Source: a virus (lineage: Duplodnaviria; Caudoviricetes). From it: a stretch of 57,119 bases of DNA. Where the stretch lies: IMG/VR virus record IMGVR_UViG_3300031840_000710, positions 1 through 57,119 of that record; one strand, written 5' to 3'. The position numbers were made by a program, and so were the translations under genes. Positions within the stretch are counted from its first letter, which is position 1; each line of letters begins with the position of its first letter. The notes beneath the pieces are model-generated. The model was not told where the DNA came from and ran no database searches. It saw only the letters and a program-made list of their open reading frames with translations. Below, in pieces: positions 1-7,789 of the stretch.

Positions 1-113
1 TCTTGATACATGTAGAGAGAGATTTTTTTCTCTAATCTCTCATCGGTGTATGGTATGGATGGTGCACTTTCATTAAGAATAAATCTTCTCCATTCATTCA
101 ATATCTTTTTCAT
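1..113 (-). CDS. Hypothetical protein, 5' part only (MKKILNEWRRFILNESAPSIPYTDERLEKK...), runs off the window
   Basis: Not in the ORF track; translated by hand. ATG at 113 overlaps the upstream stop (TAATG) and the frame stays open to the window edge. N-terminus resembles the MKLIMENWRR tag of 12177..13010. Confidence 0.75.
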   Translation of the reverse strand, partial: MKKILNEWRRFILNESAPSIPYTDERLEKKISLYMYQ

Positions 114-718
114 TAATATGTATACCTGCCATAGAGATAAGGAGCAAACATGTTCTTTTGAAGGATTGAGCCTTTTTCTTCTTCATGTGGAACCTCACCA
201 AGTTCTGTTGCGTGTTCATCATCTGGGTTTAAGAGCGCATCATCCATTAATTCATCATGTGAATCTGCGTATTCCATCATTGGCTTTTCGCCTTTCATCC
301 ATTCTGCAATATTTACCAAAGAAGATTTCAAAGGGTCATATTTCTTAGATTCTAGAATACTAGCTTCCATGGAACCATATACATTGCCACCTTGAACCGA
401 GTCATAGGCAATTATGCCCTTCTTGCGGAGAAACTCAAACATACGAGATTCTGCGCCATAAACACTGTCAGTTAACATATCTTTGGCGAAAGCAACAATT
501 TTTTTCTTTTCTTGCATTAAAATGATATCAATATCTTTGTGATCAAAAATCATAATATCTCCATTCAATGCTTCTCTAGCATTTAGCTCAAAAACATATG
601 GCTTGACTCTAGAGTTTGTAATCTTGACACCAATAGTTGGCTTGATATCAACTCCGACATTAGTATCCACAAGTTCTTGTTGGCCATCTGGCTTTATTAT
701 GTTAACGCTAACGGACAT
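113..718 (-). CDS. Hypothetical phage protein (201 aa), head-module neighbourhood
   Basis: Co-oriented, tightly packed downstream of the portal genes, acidic C-terminus; no recognised motif. Confidence 0.75.
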   Translation of the reverse strand: MSVSVNIIKPDGQQELVDTNVGVDIKPTIGVKITNSRVKPYVFELNAREALNGDIMIFDHKDIDIILMQEKKKIVAFAKDMLTDSVYGAESRMFEFLRKKGIIAYDSVQGGNVYGSMEASILESKKYDPLKSSLVNIAEWMKGEKPMMEYADSHDELMDDALLNPDDEHATELGEVPHEEEKGSILQKNMFAPYLYGRYTY

Positions 719-719
719 T

Positions 720-1532
720 CTATAATTCCCCCATCAAATCTTGAATAAAGAATAATTTTTTTACCATGTTCTCGTCAAGAGGACGCTTGGTAAAATCTTC
801 AAGAATAACGGAAACTTTAGAGAGTTTTTCGTGTCGTTCTTCTCCGAGGACACCCTTACCCTCGGAAAGTTTTTGAGAGAGTTGTAGCTTCAAATTTCCC
901 ACTTCCTCGTTAATAAATGACTTAAGTCCGAGGCCATTGTCGGAGAACGATGTGATATAATTTGTAAGAAGCGATTTTTGGTTCTCTTTAAGAGAATTTT
1001 TGTAAGTATCATTGAATTTGCCAACAAAAGTTTTGTAAGTAAGATTATCAATGTGCTTCATTTCTTTTTCTTCTTTAACAGAAGGAACCAAAAGAGATTT
1101 AACATTTGTCTCAATTATAAGGCGGCTTTTTGCATTTGACTTTGTGTCTTGGAACCAAGAGCCAACTGTTGCAATGTCTTTGTAGTTTGGAACGAAGTTA
1201 TTGAAAACACTAGCGCCGAGTTGTTGATTAATCTGAGAAATCAATTTTGTTTGCGCATTGAAGACCGATTTACGATCTATAGAGTTGTAATCCTTCTTTG
1301 TCTCAACGAGAAAACGATCTGTGAAGTCTTTCGTCATCTTATCCTTATTCTCTAGAATAGATTTGTATAGATCAAGGTCTTCATTCAAAGGAGATCCTTT
1401 TCTAAAGCTTTCCTTGATTAATGTTATAATTGTTTTCTTCTTTGCTTCTTCTTGACGGACAACTGCTTTCGTTAGTTCCTTCACAAGAGATTCGTAAAGA
1501 AAAGCGGTATTTCTTTTCTTATTGTGTTTCAT
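720..1532 (-). CDS. Hypothetical phage protein (270 aa) immediately downstream of portal
   Basis: Long helical-looking ORF starting MKHNKKRNTAFLYESL; overlaps the portal 3' end. Confidence 0.8.
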   Translation of the reverse strand: MKHNKKRNTAFLYESLVKELTKAVVRQEEAKKKTIITLIKESFRKGSPLNEDLDLYKSILENKDKMTKDFTDRFLVETKKDYNSIDRKSVFNAQTKLISQINQQLGASVFNNFVPNYKDIATVGSWFQDTKSNAKSRLIIETNVKSLLVPSVKEEKEMKHIDNLTYKTFVGKFNDTYKNSLKENQKSLLTNYITSFSDNGLGLKSFINEEVGNLKLQLSQKLSEGKGVLGEERHEKLSKVSVILEDFTKRPLDENMVKKLFFIQDLMGEL

Positions 1533-3489
1533 CTGTTTTCACCTTTTTTAGTAGACTTTCAATCAAGTTATCAACTTGCTTTGATGTTTTAAATAGTTTT
1601 TCTTCTTCTATTTGGCTGTTTCTTTTACTCTCAGTAATTCCACGCGCTAAAGAGTCTAGGCCACCAAATCCGGATTTTCCTTGAAAGGTTGTTCGATAAG
1701 TATTTCCATATTCTCCGGTTGCTTGGTTTTTCATTTGCTTAGAGCGCCCGCCTTTTGAATAAGAGGTTTGATGTCGTTTGTACTTGCCTCTCTTATAAGT
1801 CGGCTCATCGTCGCGTTTAGCAGGGGGCTCAGCTAGGAGAACATCATCATTTTGATCACCCCCTTCGGCACCAGGGCTCTCGTCCCCAGCAGCCTGATCT
1901 CCAGCATCACCGCCCAAATCTAAACCGCCGCCAGCATCGTCTCCACCTAAATCAAGACCTCCACCGGCATCGTCTCCACCGCCAAGATCACCAAGGCCAC
2001 CGCCTCCACCATCTCCACCCCCAGCACCGGCTGTTGCTGCTGCTTCTAGGTTTGCGGCAAATTTCTTATCATAAAACATTTCGCGTTGCATTCGTACGAA
2101 CTCTTCGTCTGATAAACCAAAGAGGTTTTCAGCAACCCATCGTTTTGAGAAATATCCTTCCGTAGCATTTGCAGCAACAGAGAATTTCTTATCCCAATGT
2201 TCAAGTTCTTGCAATTCAGCAATCTTTGATGGGTTGTTTAATTGTAATTTAAATGATAAAAGATCATCGTTTCTAAATCCCATGGTGAATAAGTGAATAA
2301 TGCCTACTTTTTCTAGTTCAGAAATCACAACTCTCTGTAATCTTTGGATTGTTCTTGCGAAACGAATGTCTTTTTGAGCAAGTGTTGTTTTGTCCTCTGT
2401 GGCTCCTTCTCCCATTGTAAGATAGGATTGTGGAACCTTTAGAGCAGAGAACAACTTGTCTCGTAAATACTTAACATCTTCGATGGTAGCAGTCATTGCG
2501 CCACCAGGAAGATTTTCTATACTTGTGTTTGATGTTCCACGAATAGGAATATAATAATCTTCTTCAATTGACAAAGGATTGTAACGAAGGTCAAGTCGTC
2601 CAGTCGTTGGATCTGTTACTTGGTGTCGCTTCATTTGTGTCATAACTTTCTGCATGTATTGTTCTACATCTTGTGGTGGAATGTTACCAACATCAATTTT
2701 AAAAACTCGTCTCTCTGGAGCACGGACGATTCGGTAAGCCATCATTGCGTCTTCTAGAAGTGTAAGTTGTCTCCAAATTCTACGAGCAGGCTCCAAAACA
2801 GATGTTCCATAAGGAGCATGCTTGTCGTTACCAAGAATACGAAAATGAGCCATTTGCCAGTTTTCCAAAGTCATACCAGCAGAATTCCACTGATACTGAA
2901 CATAATTTGGATTTGTTTCGTCTTCACCTTCCAAACGCTCAATTTCTTGAGGAGGAAGACCGATGCATGCACGAATTCCCATTGATTCTTCAATATCTAG
3001 ATAGAGGAAAAGATCTCCGTATTTACACATAGTTCTAGACCAGCCAAACAGATTATGTTCAATGTTGAGAACGTTATGATAAAGATTATGAAGAATTGTT
3101 TTGATCTCGTCATTTGGACACTTAATTCTAAGCATAGGCTGAAGAGAGGAGTGTGTTGTCATCTCATCTGCATAAATATCCAACGAGGAAGCACACTCTG
3201 GTGTATATTCCATTTGATCAAAATCAACGTAACGCTCAGCACGATTTCTGTTTGAAATCATGTTAACCGTCATAATATTCATTGGGTTGTATTCTTGCTT
3301 CTTGAATTGCTTACCAGAAGCGCTTCTAAAGCGAGATGAATATACATCCAACTGGCGTCTTCTCAGCTGGCGCCCTTGCTGTGTTCTTCTCTGTGTTATA
3401 GGTCCTGAGAATAGTTTTGTTAAAGACTTAAAAAGTCCGTTCTCTTCATTATAGGGATTCTTCCCTAAATTTCTTTTTTTTCTAGCCAT
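1519..3489 (-). CDS. Portal protein, T4 gp20-like
   Basis: Motifs LEDAMMAYRIVRAPERRVFKIDVGNIP, EEDYYIPIRG, IEDVKYLRDKLFSALKVP and DIRFARTIQRLQ are typical of gp20-like portals; adjacent to terminase. Confidence 0.95.
   Translation of the reverse strand: MARKKRNLGKNPYNEENGLFKSLTKLFSGPITQRRTQQGRQLRRRQLDVYSSRFRSASGKQFKKQEYNPMNIMTVNMISNRNRAERYVDFDQMEYTPECASSLDIYADEMTTHSSLQPMLRIKCPNDEIKTILHNLYHNVLNIEHNLFGWSRTMCKYGDLFLYLDIEESMGIRACIGLPPQEIERLEGEDETNPNYVQYQWNSAGMTLENWQMAHFRILGNDKHAPYGTSVLEPARRIWRQLTLLEDAMMAYRIVRAPERRVFKIDVGNIPPQDVEQYMQKVMTQMKRHQVTDPTTGRLDLRYNPLSIEEDYYIPIRGTSNTSIENLPGGAMTATIEDVKYLRDKLFSALKVPQSYLTMGEGATEDKTTLAQKDIRFARTIQRLQRVVISELEKVGIIHLFTMGFRNDDLLSFKLQLNNPSKIAELQELEHWDKKFSVAANATEGYFSKRWVAENLFGLSDEEFVRMQREMFYDKKFAANLEAAATAGAGGGDGGGGGLGDLGGGDDAGGGLDLGGDDAGGGLDLGGDAGDQAAGDESPGAEGGDQNDDVLLAEPPAKRDDEPTYKRGKYKRHQTSYSKGGRSKQMKNQATGEYGNTYRTTFQGKSGFGGLDSLARGITESKRNSQIEEEKLFKTSKQVDNLIESLLKKVKTDETQ
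1895..2032 (-). repeat. Gly/Asp-rich imperfect tandem repeat (GGDDAGGGLDL units) in the portal C-terminal tail
   Basis: Protein reads GGGGLGDLGGGDDAGGGLDLGGDDAGGGLDLGGDAGD; about 33-nt units with synonymous divergence and locally high GC. Confidence 0.85.
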
Positions 3490-3492
3490 TTA

Positions 3493-5076
3493 TTATCCTT
3501 TGAATATCCAAGCAAATTCTTTTCTATTGTTTAATTGTTCTTTATATTTAGTTTCAAAGTCCTGATTATACCCATCTTGTCCTTTTATCGCTGTGTTCAT
3601 TATGTTCTTTTTCATGTACATTCCATCAATTAGGGCTTTATTGTATTCTTTATCTTTCTCGGAAACTTCCAAAGCAGTGTCTCTAACCCAACACATAATC
3701 GAAAGACACATAATAATATCGTCATGATAAGATCTCATTGCTTGTGGTTTTCCATTGTTCCAAACAAACGTTCTGAATTCGTCAAATGCGCGAGAAGATC
3801 TGATCTTTATTATTTTATTTCTAATAAACTCTTCAAGTTTTGCGACGATCAAAGGGCGAGTCTTTGTTGAGGTTGTGAACCCTCCAACAGCGTTGGTCAT
3901 AAATTGCCCTTGAGATGCATCTATAAATTCATGAGTGCCTTTAATTGAGTAATAAAGATTATCGTAACCGAGAGTAACTAGTTTTTCGAAAACCGAAATG
4001 CCAATTCCATTATTTTCTACAACTAGAAGACATTTGCCGTACTCCATTCCTGCCGAGTAAAGCATTTGCGAATACATATCTAAGGTTGGCTTTCCTTGAT
4101 ACTCAGCAACGATTTCCATTGTTGCTACATTAAGCACATGAAAAACAGAGTTATCAGCCCCATCGCCTCTAGCAACATCGGCAACGAGCAAATAAGAGCT
4201 GCCCTCTTGGTACTTTTCCCATATCCAAAAATTTCTATCATATCCTGTCCTATAAGTTGGTTCTACAATTTGTTCTTGTAACCATGCAATGTCATCAGGG
4301 TGAATAACAGTATCACCCGAAGTATTGAAGTTACACTCTAATTCTTGTGCGATTTGTCGGCGAGACATATTTTTTGTCTCTTTCTTAAACCACTCTTGAT
4401 CTCTTTCCGGATGAACATCCCATGGCAAGTTAACCGGCTTAAAGTCTGAGTCTCCGTTGTCTGCTGAGACGTATGTCTTGTGAAACCAGTTTCCTACGCC
4501 ATTTGGAGTAGATAGTGCGATACAGCGTCCACCCGTTGATAGTGTAGGATAAAGACCAGTCCACAAATCATCAAGTCCGTCAATGTGAGCAGCCTCGTCA
4601 ATAATAAGAAGAGACAATGCTTCCGAACGACCAGCATCTCCAGAGGTCGATGCGGCTTTAATCTGCGAGCCATTGGAGAGTTCAAATGACGTTCTGTTGT
4701 CAACTTTAATCTTGGAGACTCTCATCCAGTCTGGAAGGTACTGCATAATGTTTTTTACTTTCTTAACAAGGTTTGCTGCTGTCTGAAACTTGGTTGCGAT
4801 CACAAGAATGTTCTTGTCTCGGTGAAACAACATAAACCAAACAGCATAAGCAGCGGAGATCGTTGAAATCCCAAGCTGTCTTGCTTTTAAGATGACAGTA
4901 AAACGAAAATCATTGAAGTCGTTGATCAAATCATCTTGATAAGGATAAGTCTTAAAAGGAATAAGTCCGTGCATAGGATGCGAAATACGACAGTAATTAT
5001 TTATGAAGTATTGCGGATCTTTGCCGGACTTAACAATTTCTTTTATTATGTCTTTCTTTGAAAGAGAGAAGGCCAT
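3493..5076 (-). CDS. terL: Terminase large subunit (T4 gp17-like)
   Basis: Walker A-type KARQLGIST, Walker B LLIIDEAAH, coupling motif STPNG, RNase H-like nuclease ADVARGDG ... VVENN ... HDD. Confidence 0.96.
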   Translation of the reverse strand: MAFSLSKKDIIKEIVKSGKDPQYFINNYCRISHPMHGLIPFKTYPYQDDLINDFNDFRFTVILKARQLGISTISAAYAVWFMLFHRDKNILVIATKFQTAANLVKKVKNIMQYLPDWMRVSKIKVDNRTSFELSNGSQIKAASTSGDAGRSEALSLLIIDEAAHIDGLDDLWTGLYPTLSTGGRCIALSTPNGVGNWFHKTYVSADNGDSDFKPVNLPWDVHPERDQEWFKKETKNMSRRQIAQELECNFNTSGDTVIHPDDIAWLQEQIVEPTYRTGYDRNFWIWEKYQEGSSYLLVADVARGDGADNSVFHVLNVATMEIVAEYQGKPTLDMYSQMLYSAGMEYGKCLLVVENNGIGISVFEKLVTLGYDNLYYSIKGTHEFIDASQGQFMTNAVGGFTTSTKTRPLIVAKLEEFIRNKIIKIRSSRAFDEFRTFVWNNGKPQAMRSYHDDIIMCLSIMCWVRDTALEVSEKDKEYNKALIDGMYMKKNIMNTAIKGQDGYNQDFETKYKEQLNNRKEFAWIFKG

Positions 5077-5636
5077 TATTGCTTCTCGTTGTCACCTTTC
5101 TTGATGAACTCATTGTTTGGGCGCTTTGCGGCCTTGAAATTTTCAATAAACTTTCGTGTGATTGCTCTGCTGTCTTCAACTGCAGGATCAAGAATTGGTT
5201 CTTCTTTAACTCCACTGATTTTATAGTGCTGATAAGCTTGAACGAATGTGCGAACACGAGATGTTGATTGAACCATAACTTTAACCTCGCCATCTTTAGT
5301 AAGAGTGACTGAGTTACCTGTTATTGCTTTATATTCTTTTTGGAGAAACTTTTTAATCTCATTAAGTTGTCTCTCAATGTCTTGCTCAAATTTACCAGCA
5401 TAAACTTCTTTAAGACGAACATCGGATTGGTAGTTTATGCAAATTTTATTTCCGTAAAACTTAACAGAAAAACCATCGTTAACTCTTTTGTCTGTGATTG
5501 GGTGCCCTTCTTCTCGACGCAAACCGACTTGACGAGCTTGACCATCAAGAGAGTATCTTTCGTCGTGTGCTCCATCATAAGCATTTGCAGCGGCTTGTGA
5601 CAAGCCTTGAATAATTTCTAGTGTTGTTGAACTCAT
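5076..5636 (-). CDS. Hypothetical phage protein upstream of terminase
   Basis: Start moved to MSSTT (ATGA overlap with upstream stop); stop overlaps terL start (TAATG). Confidence 0.75.
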   Translation of the reverse strand: MSSTTLEIIQGLSQAAANAYDGAHDERYSLDGQARQVGLRREEGHPITDKRVNDGFSVKFYGNKICINYQSDVRLKEVYAGKFEQDIERQLNEIKKFLQKEYKAITGNSVTLTKDGEVKVMVQSTSRVRTFVQAYQHYKISGVKEEPILDPAVEDSRAITRKFIENFKAAKRPNNEFIKKGDNEKQ

Positions 5637-6007
5637 TTGTTTGGTCTCCATCCTGTTTTCCAGCGTTCTTCGCGTCCTTCAACCCATTGAATGTAACATT
5701 TTTCACAACAATCAAACTTGGACATATACACATCATCGTTAGATTTAAATGAATAAACATTACATACAGGACAAGAACGTTTAGAATTCTTTGTAATTAG
5801 TTTCTTTGGGATAAAAACCCCATTTATCTCATCTTCGTCATTCATCCCAGACTCTTCGTATTTATAAAAGTCTTTGAGTTCCGCGAGATATTCTTTTTCT
5901 TTTTCGTCATCCCATCCTTTCTTGGGATGTTGAACGGCTTCTTCACCGTATTTCTTCGCAATTGCTTTTTCTATTTTAATTGCGTAGTTTGGATCTTTAC
6001 TTTTCAT
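5633..6007 (-). CDS. Hypothetical protein with C-terminal Zn-finger-like motif
   Basis: CPVC...CCEKC; start moved to MKSKD, which follows AGGTGG. Confidence 0.7.
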   Translation of the reverse strand: MKSKDPNYAIKIEKAIAKKYGEEAVQHPKKGWDDEKEKEYLAELKDFYKYEESGMNDEDEINGVFIPKKLITKNSKRSCPVCNVYSFKSNDDVYMSKFDCCEKCYIQWVEGREERWKTGWRPNK

Positions 6008-6638
6008 AATCCCACCTATCGACATTTCCTAAGTTTTCTCCATCGCCCTCATGTGTTATTCTTTCCGGTGAATCAGAATCTTTGTAAACTTTCATCCAAT
6101 ACGGAATCTCAAGATCTTTTGGACATAGAGAATTATCTAAAAATCTCATTTTGTTATTTGGTCCGCATATTAAAGCACCGGTATTGTCATCAAAAAAATA
6201 AGTTTTCGTTTTGTGTTCATGCCACACTTCAGATTGTCCATAATCGGTCATGGTTCTCGGTCTCTGTGGATCACACGTCCAAAGATATTTGCCTTCCCAT
6301 TTGTGCCCTGTTCTGCTAGACATCTCAACATCCATGCCACGAAGACCTTGAATTTGTGTAAGCTGCCAGTAATCTGAGAGACTATCCCACCATGCTACGT
6401 CATTCATTTTAATAATTTTGTCTGGTGTTTCTGATCTGTTAAATATAGCACATTGGTCAACCTTATCATAAAGAGCTCCCATAGAAGGAAGATACACTAC
6501 ATATAAAGGAGCTCTAGCTCTTATAAATCTAATAGCATATAGAACTCCAAATACAGTTTCATTTTTTCCATAGTTTGGGTTTCCTGATAAGAATGACTTT
6601 TTAACATAACATTCTGTGTAAGGGGTTGATACAATCAT
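5997..6638 (-). CDS. Hypothetical protein (213 aa, Trp/Tyr-rich)
   Basis: Long co-oriented ORF overlapping both neighbours. ECYVKKSFL and PNNKMRFLDNSL recall a conserved hypothetical family of marine phages (from memory, unverified). Confidence 0.7.
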   Translation of the reverse strand: MIVSTPYTECYVKKSFLSGNPNYGKNETVFGVLYAIRFIRARAPLYVVYLPSMGALYDKVDQCAIFNRSETPDKIIKMNDVAWWDSLSDYWQLTQIQGLRGMDVEMSSRTGHKWEGKYLWTCDPQRPRTMTDYGQSEVWHEHKTKTYFFDDNTGALICGPNNKMRFLDNSLCPKDLEIPYWMKVYKDSDSPERITHEGDGENLGNVDRWDYEK

Positions 6639-7027
6639 TGTGTAATTCCGGGTTTAACTGCGTACATAATGGCAATTGACATTCCAGCTCCAATAACGAA
6701 GCCACCAACAACAGGCAAAACATTATTTGTTGGTTTCAATTGCTTTATATGTTCGTCTTGTAATATAATTAGTTCGTTAAGCTTCTTGATCTCTGCGTCT
6801 GTCTGAACTTTTAAAACATCGTAGCGATACTTCTCTTCTATTCTCAGATTGTTAAGTTGAAATTCTGTCTTGGCTTCGCACATCAAGTCTTTCGTGGCGG
6901 CATCTTCAACAAGAATTCTCATTGCAGATTCATTCAAAAGGCGACCATCCCATGGAACAGTCTCACCAGTTTTCATTTCTTTGTATTTTGGCTCTTCCGC
7001 AAAGAGAAGAGGTAACAGAAAAATCAT
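6635..7027 (-). CDS. Putative exported/membrane coiled-coil protein (spanin-like candidate)
   Basis: Short hydrophobic N-terminus, central coiled coil, C-terminal Gly-rich TM segment (VLPVVGGFVIGAGMSIAIMYAV). Function is inferred. Confidence 0.5.
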   Translation of the reverse strand: MIFLLPLLFAEEPKYKEMKTGETVPWDGRLLNESAMRILVEDAATKDLMCEAKTEFQLNNLRIEEKYRYDVLKVQTDAEIKKLNELIILQDEHIKQLKPTNNVLPVVGGFVIGAGMSIAIMYAVKPGITQ

Positions 7028-7353
7028 TCTTCTTTCTCAATACCTTTTGACTTTAAGAAGTCATCGGTGTTAACCTTCTTTGCGTCCTCTAAAATCTTTG
7101 CCTTTTTTTCTTCAAATTGTAGAATGTTTTCACTAGTAGAAGCGTCTTTGTCTTCCACAAGGTCTCCGAGGTCCTCCACCAACTCTTGGCGCTGTTCTTT
7201 CTCTAAATCTTTCCATTTCTCATAGAATTTTACTTGTTGTTGTTTAGCATCTTTTGACCGACCAAGAAGGTAAAAAGCAATGGCCGTGACAAGCATCACG
7301 ATCCATTGCCAATATTTGACGACAAAGTTCTTAGTTTTTGTCCACCAAAACAT
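7024..7353 (-). CDS. N-terminally anchored coiled-coil membrane protein (i-spanin-like candidate)
   Basis: Single TM (YWQWIVMLVTAIAFYLLG) followed by charged coiled coil; start at MFWW overlaps the upstream stop (TAATG). Confidence 0.55.
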   Translation of the reverse strand: MFWWTKTKNFVVKYWQWIVMLVTAIAFYLLGRSKDAKQQQVKFYEKWKDLEKEQRQELVEDLGDLVEDKDASTSENILQFEEKKAKILEDAKKVNTDDFLKSKGIEKEE

Positions 7354-7625
7354 TACATACCTTTCCAAACTTTAGCTACATCTATAGCGGATTGGCCACC
7401 GATATACATAGAAGCAATCATTGCCCAAGTATCAGGGTCAAGTCCGGACCAGATAAGAAGTCCAGTTGCGCACATAAACACAAGAAGTTTACGGGAAACC
7501 GCTTTACTTAGAACAGCATCCAAAGCACCGCCTTTTACATGTGTACATTCTTGATCGCAGTCATGCTCATGACATTTACAATCACAATCCTCACAGCAAT
7601 CACACTTTTGTTTTTCGTTTTCCAT
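7353..7625 (-). CDS. Putative holin with Cys/His-rich N-terminal extension
   Basis: 90 aa. SRKLLV followed by two short hydrophobic segments and YIGGQSAID, a pattern seen in small phage holins. N-terminus CDCCEDCDCKCHEHDCDQECTH. Strong SD (AAGGAG). Confidence 0.6.
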   Translation of the reverse strand: MENEKQKCDCCEDCDCKCHEHDCDQECTHVKGGALDAVLSKAVSRKLLVFMCATGLLIWSGLDPDTWAMIASMYIGGQSAIDVAKVWKGM

Positions 7626-7730
7626 CTTATTTCTCCTTAAGTAATAATCAATAGATTTTAATTAATTAGTTTACTGTTGATTAAACTTAGTAATTAGATT
7701 TCTTTTGCTTTATTCTTCCCACTGTTGATA

Positions 7731-7775
7731 ACGAGCCACCTATTTATAGTAAATGAACTTAAATAGGTGGCTCGT
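7731..7775. repeat. Perfect 16-bp inverted repeat (hairpin/cruciform) with 13-nt spacer
   Basis: ACGAGCCACCTATTTA (7731-7746) / TAAATAGGTGGCTCGT (7760-7775), 14 nt past the sbcD-sbcC stop. Confidence 0.95.
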
Positions 7776-7789
7776 CAAGAAAAAGAAGG

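Noticed and set aside
7731-7775. Hairpin as a standard rho-independent terminator
   Set aside because: No U-tract 3' of the stem on either strand; reported as an inverted repeat of unknown role.
7626-7789. tRNA or structured ncRNA in the largest intergenic gap
   Set aside because: No cloverleaf or T-loop motif; only the inverted repeat and AT-rich promoter-like octamers are evident.
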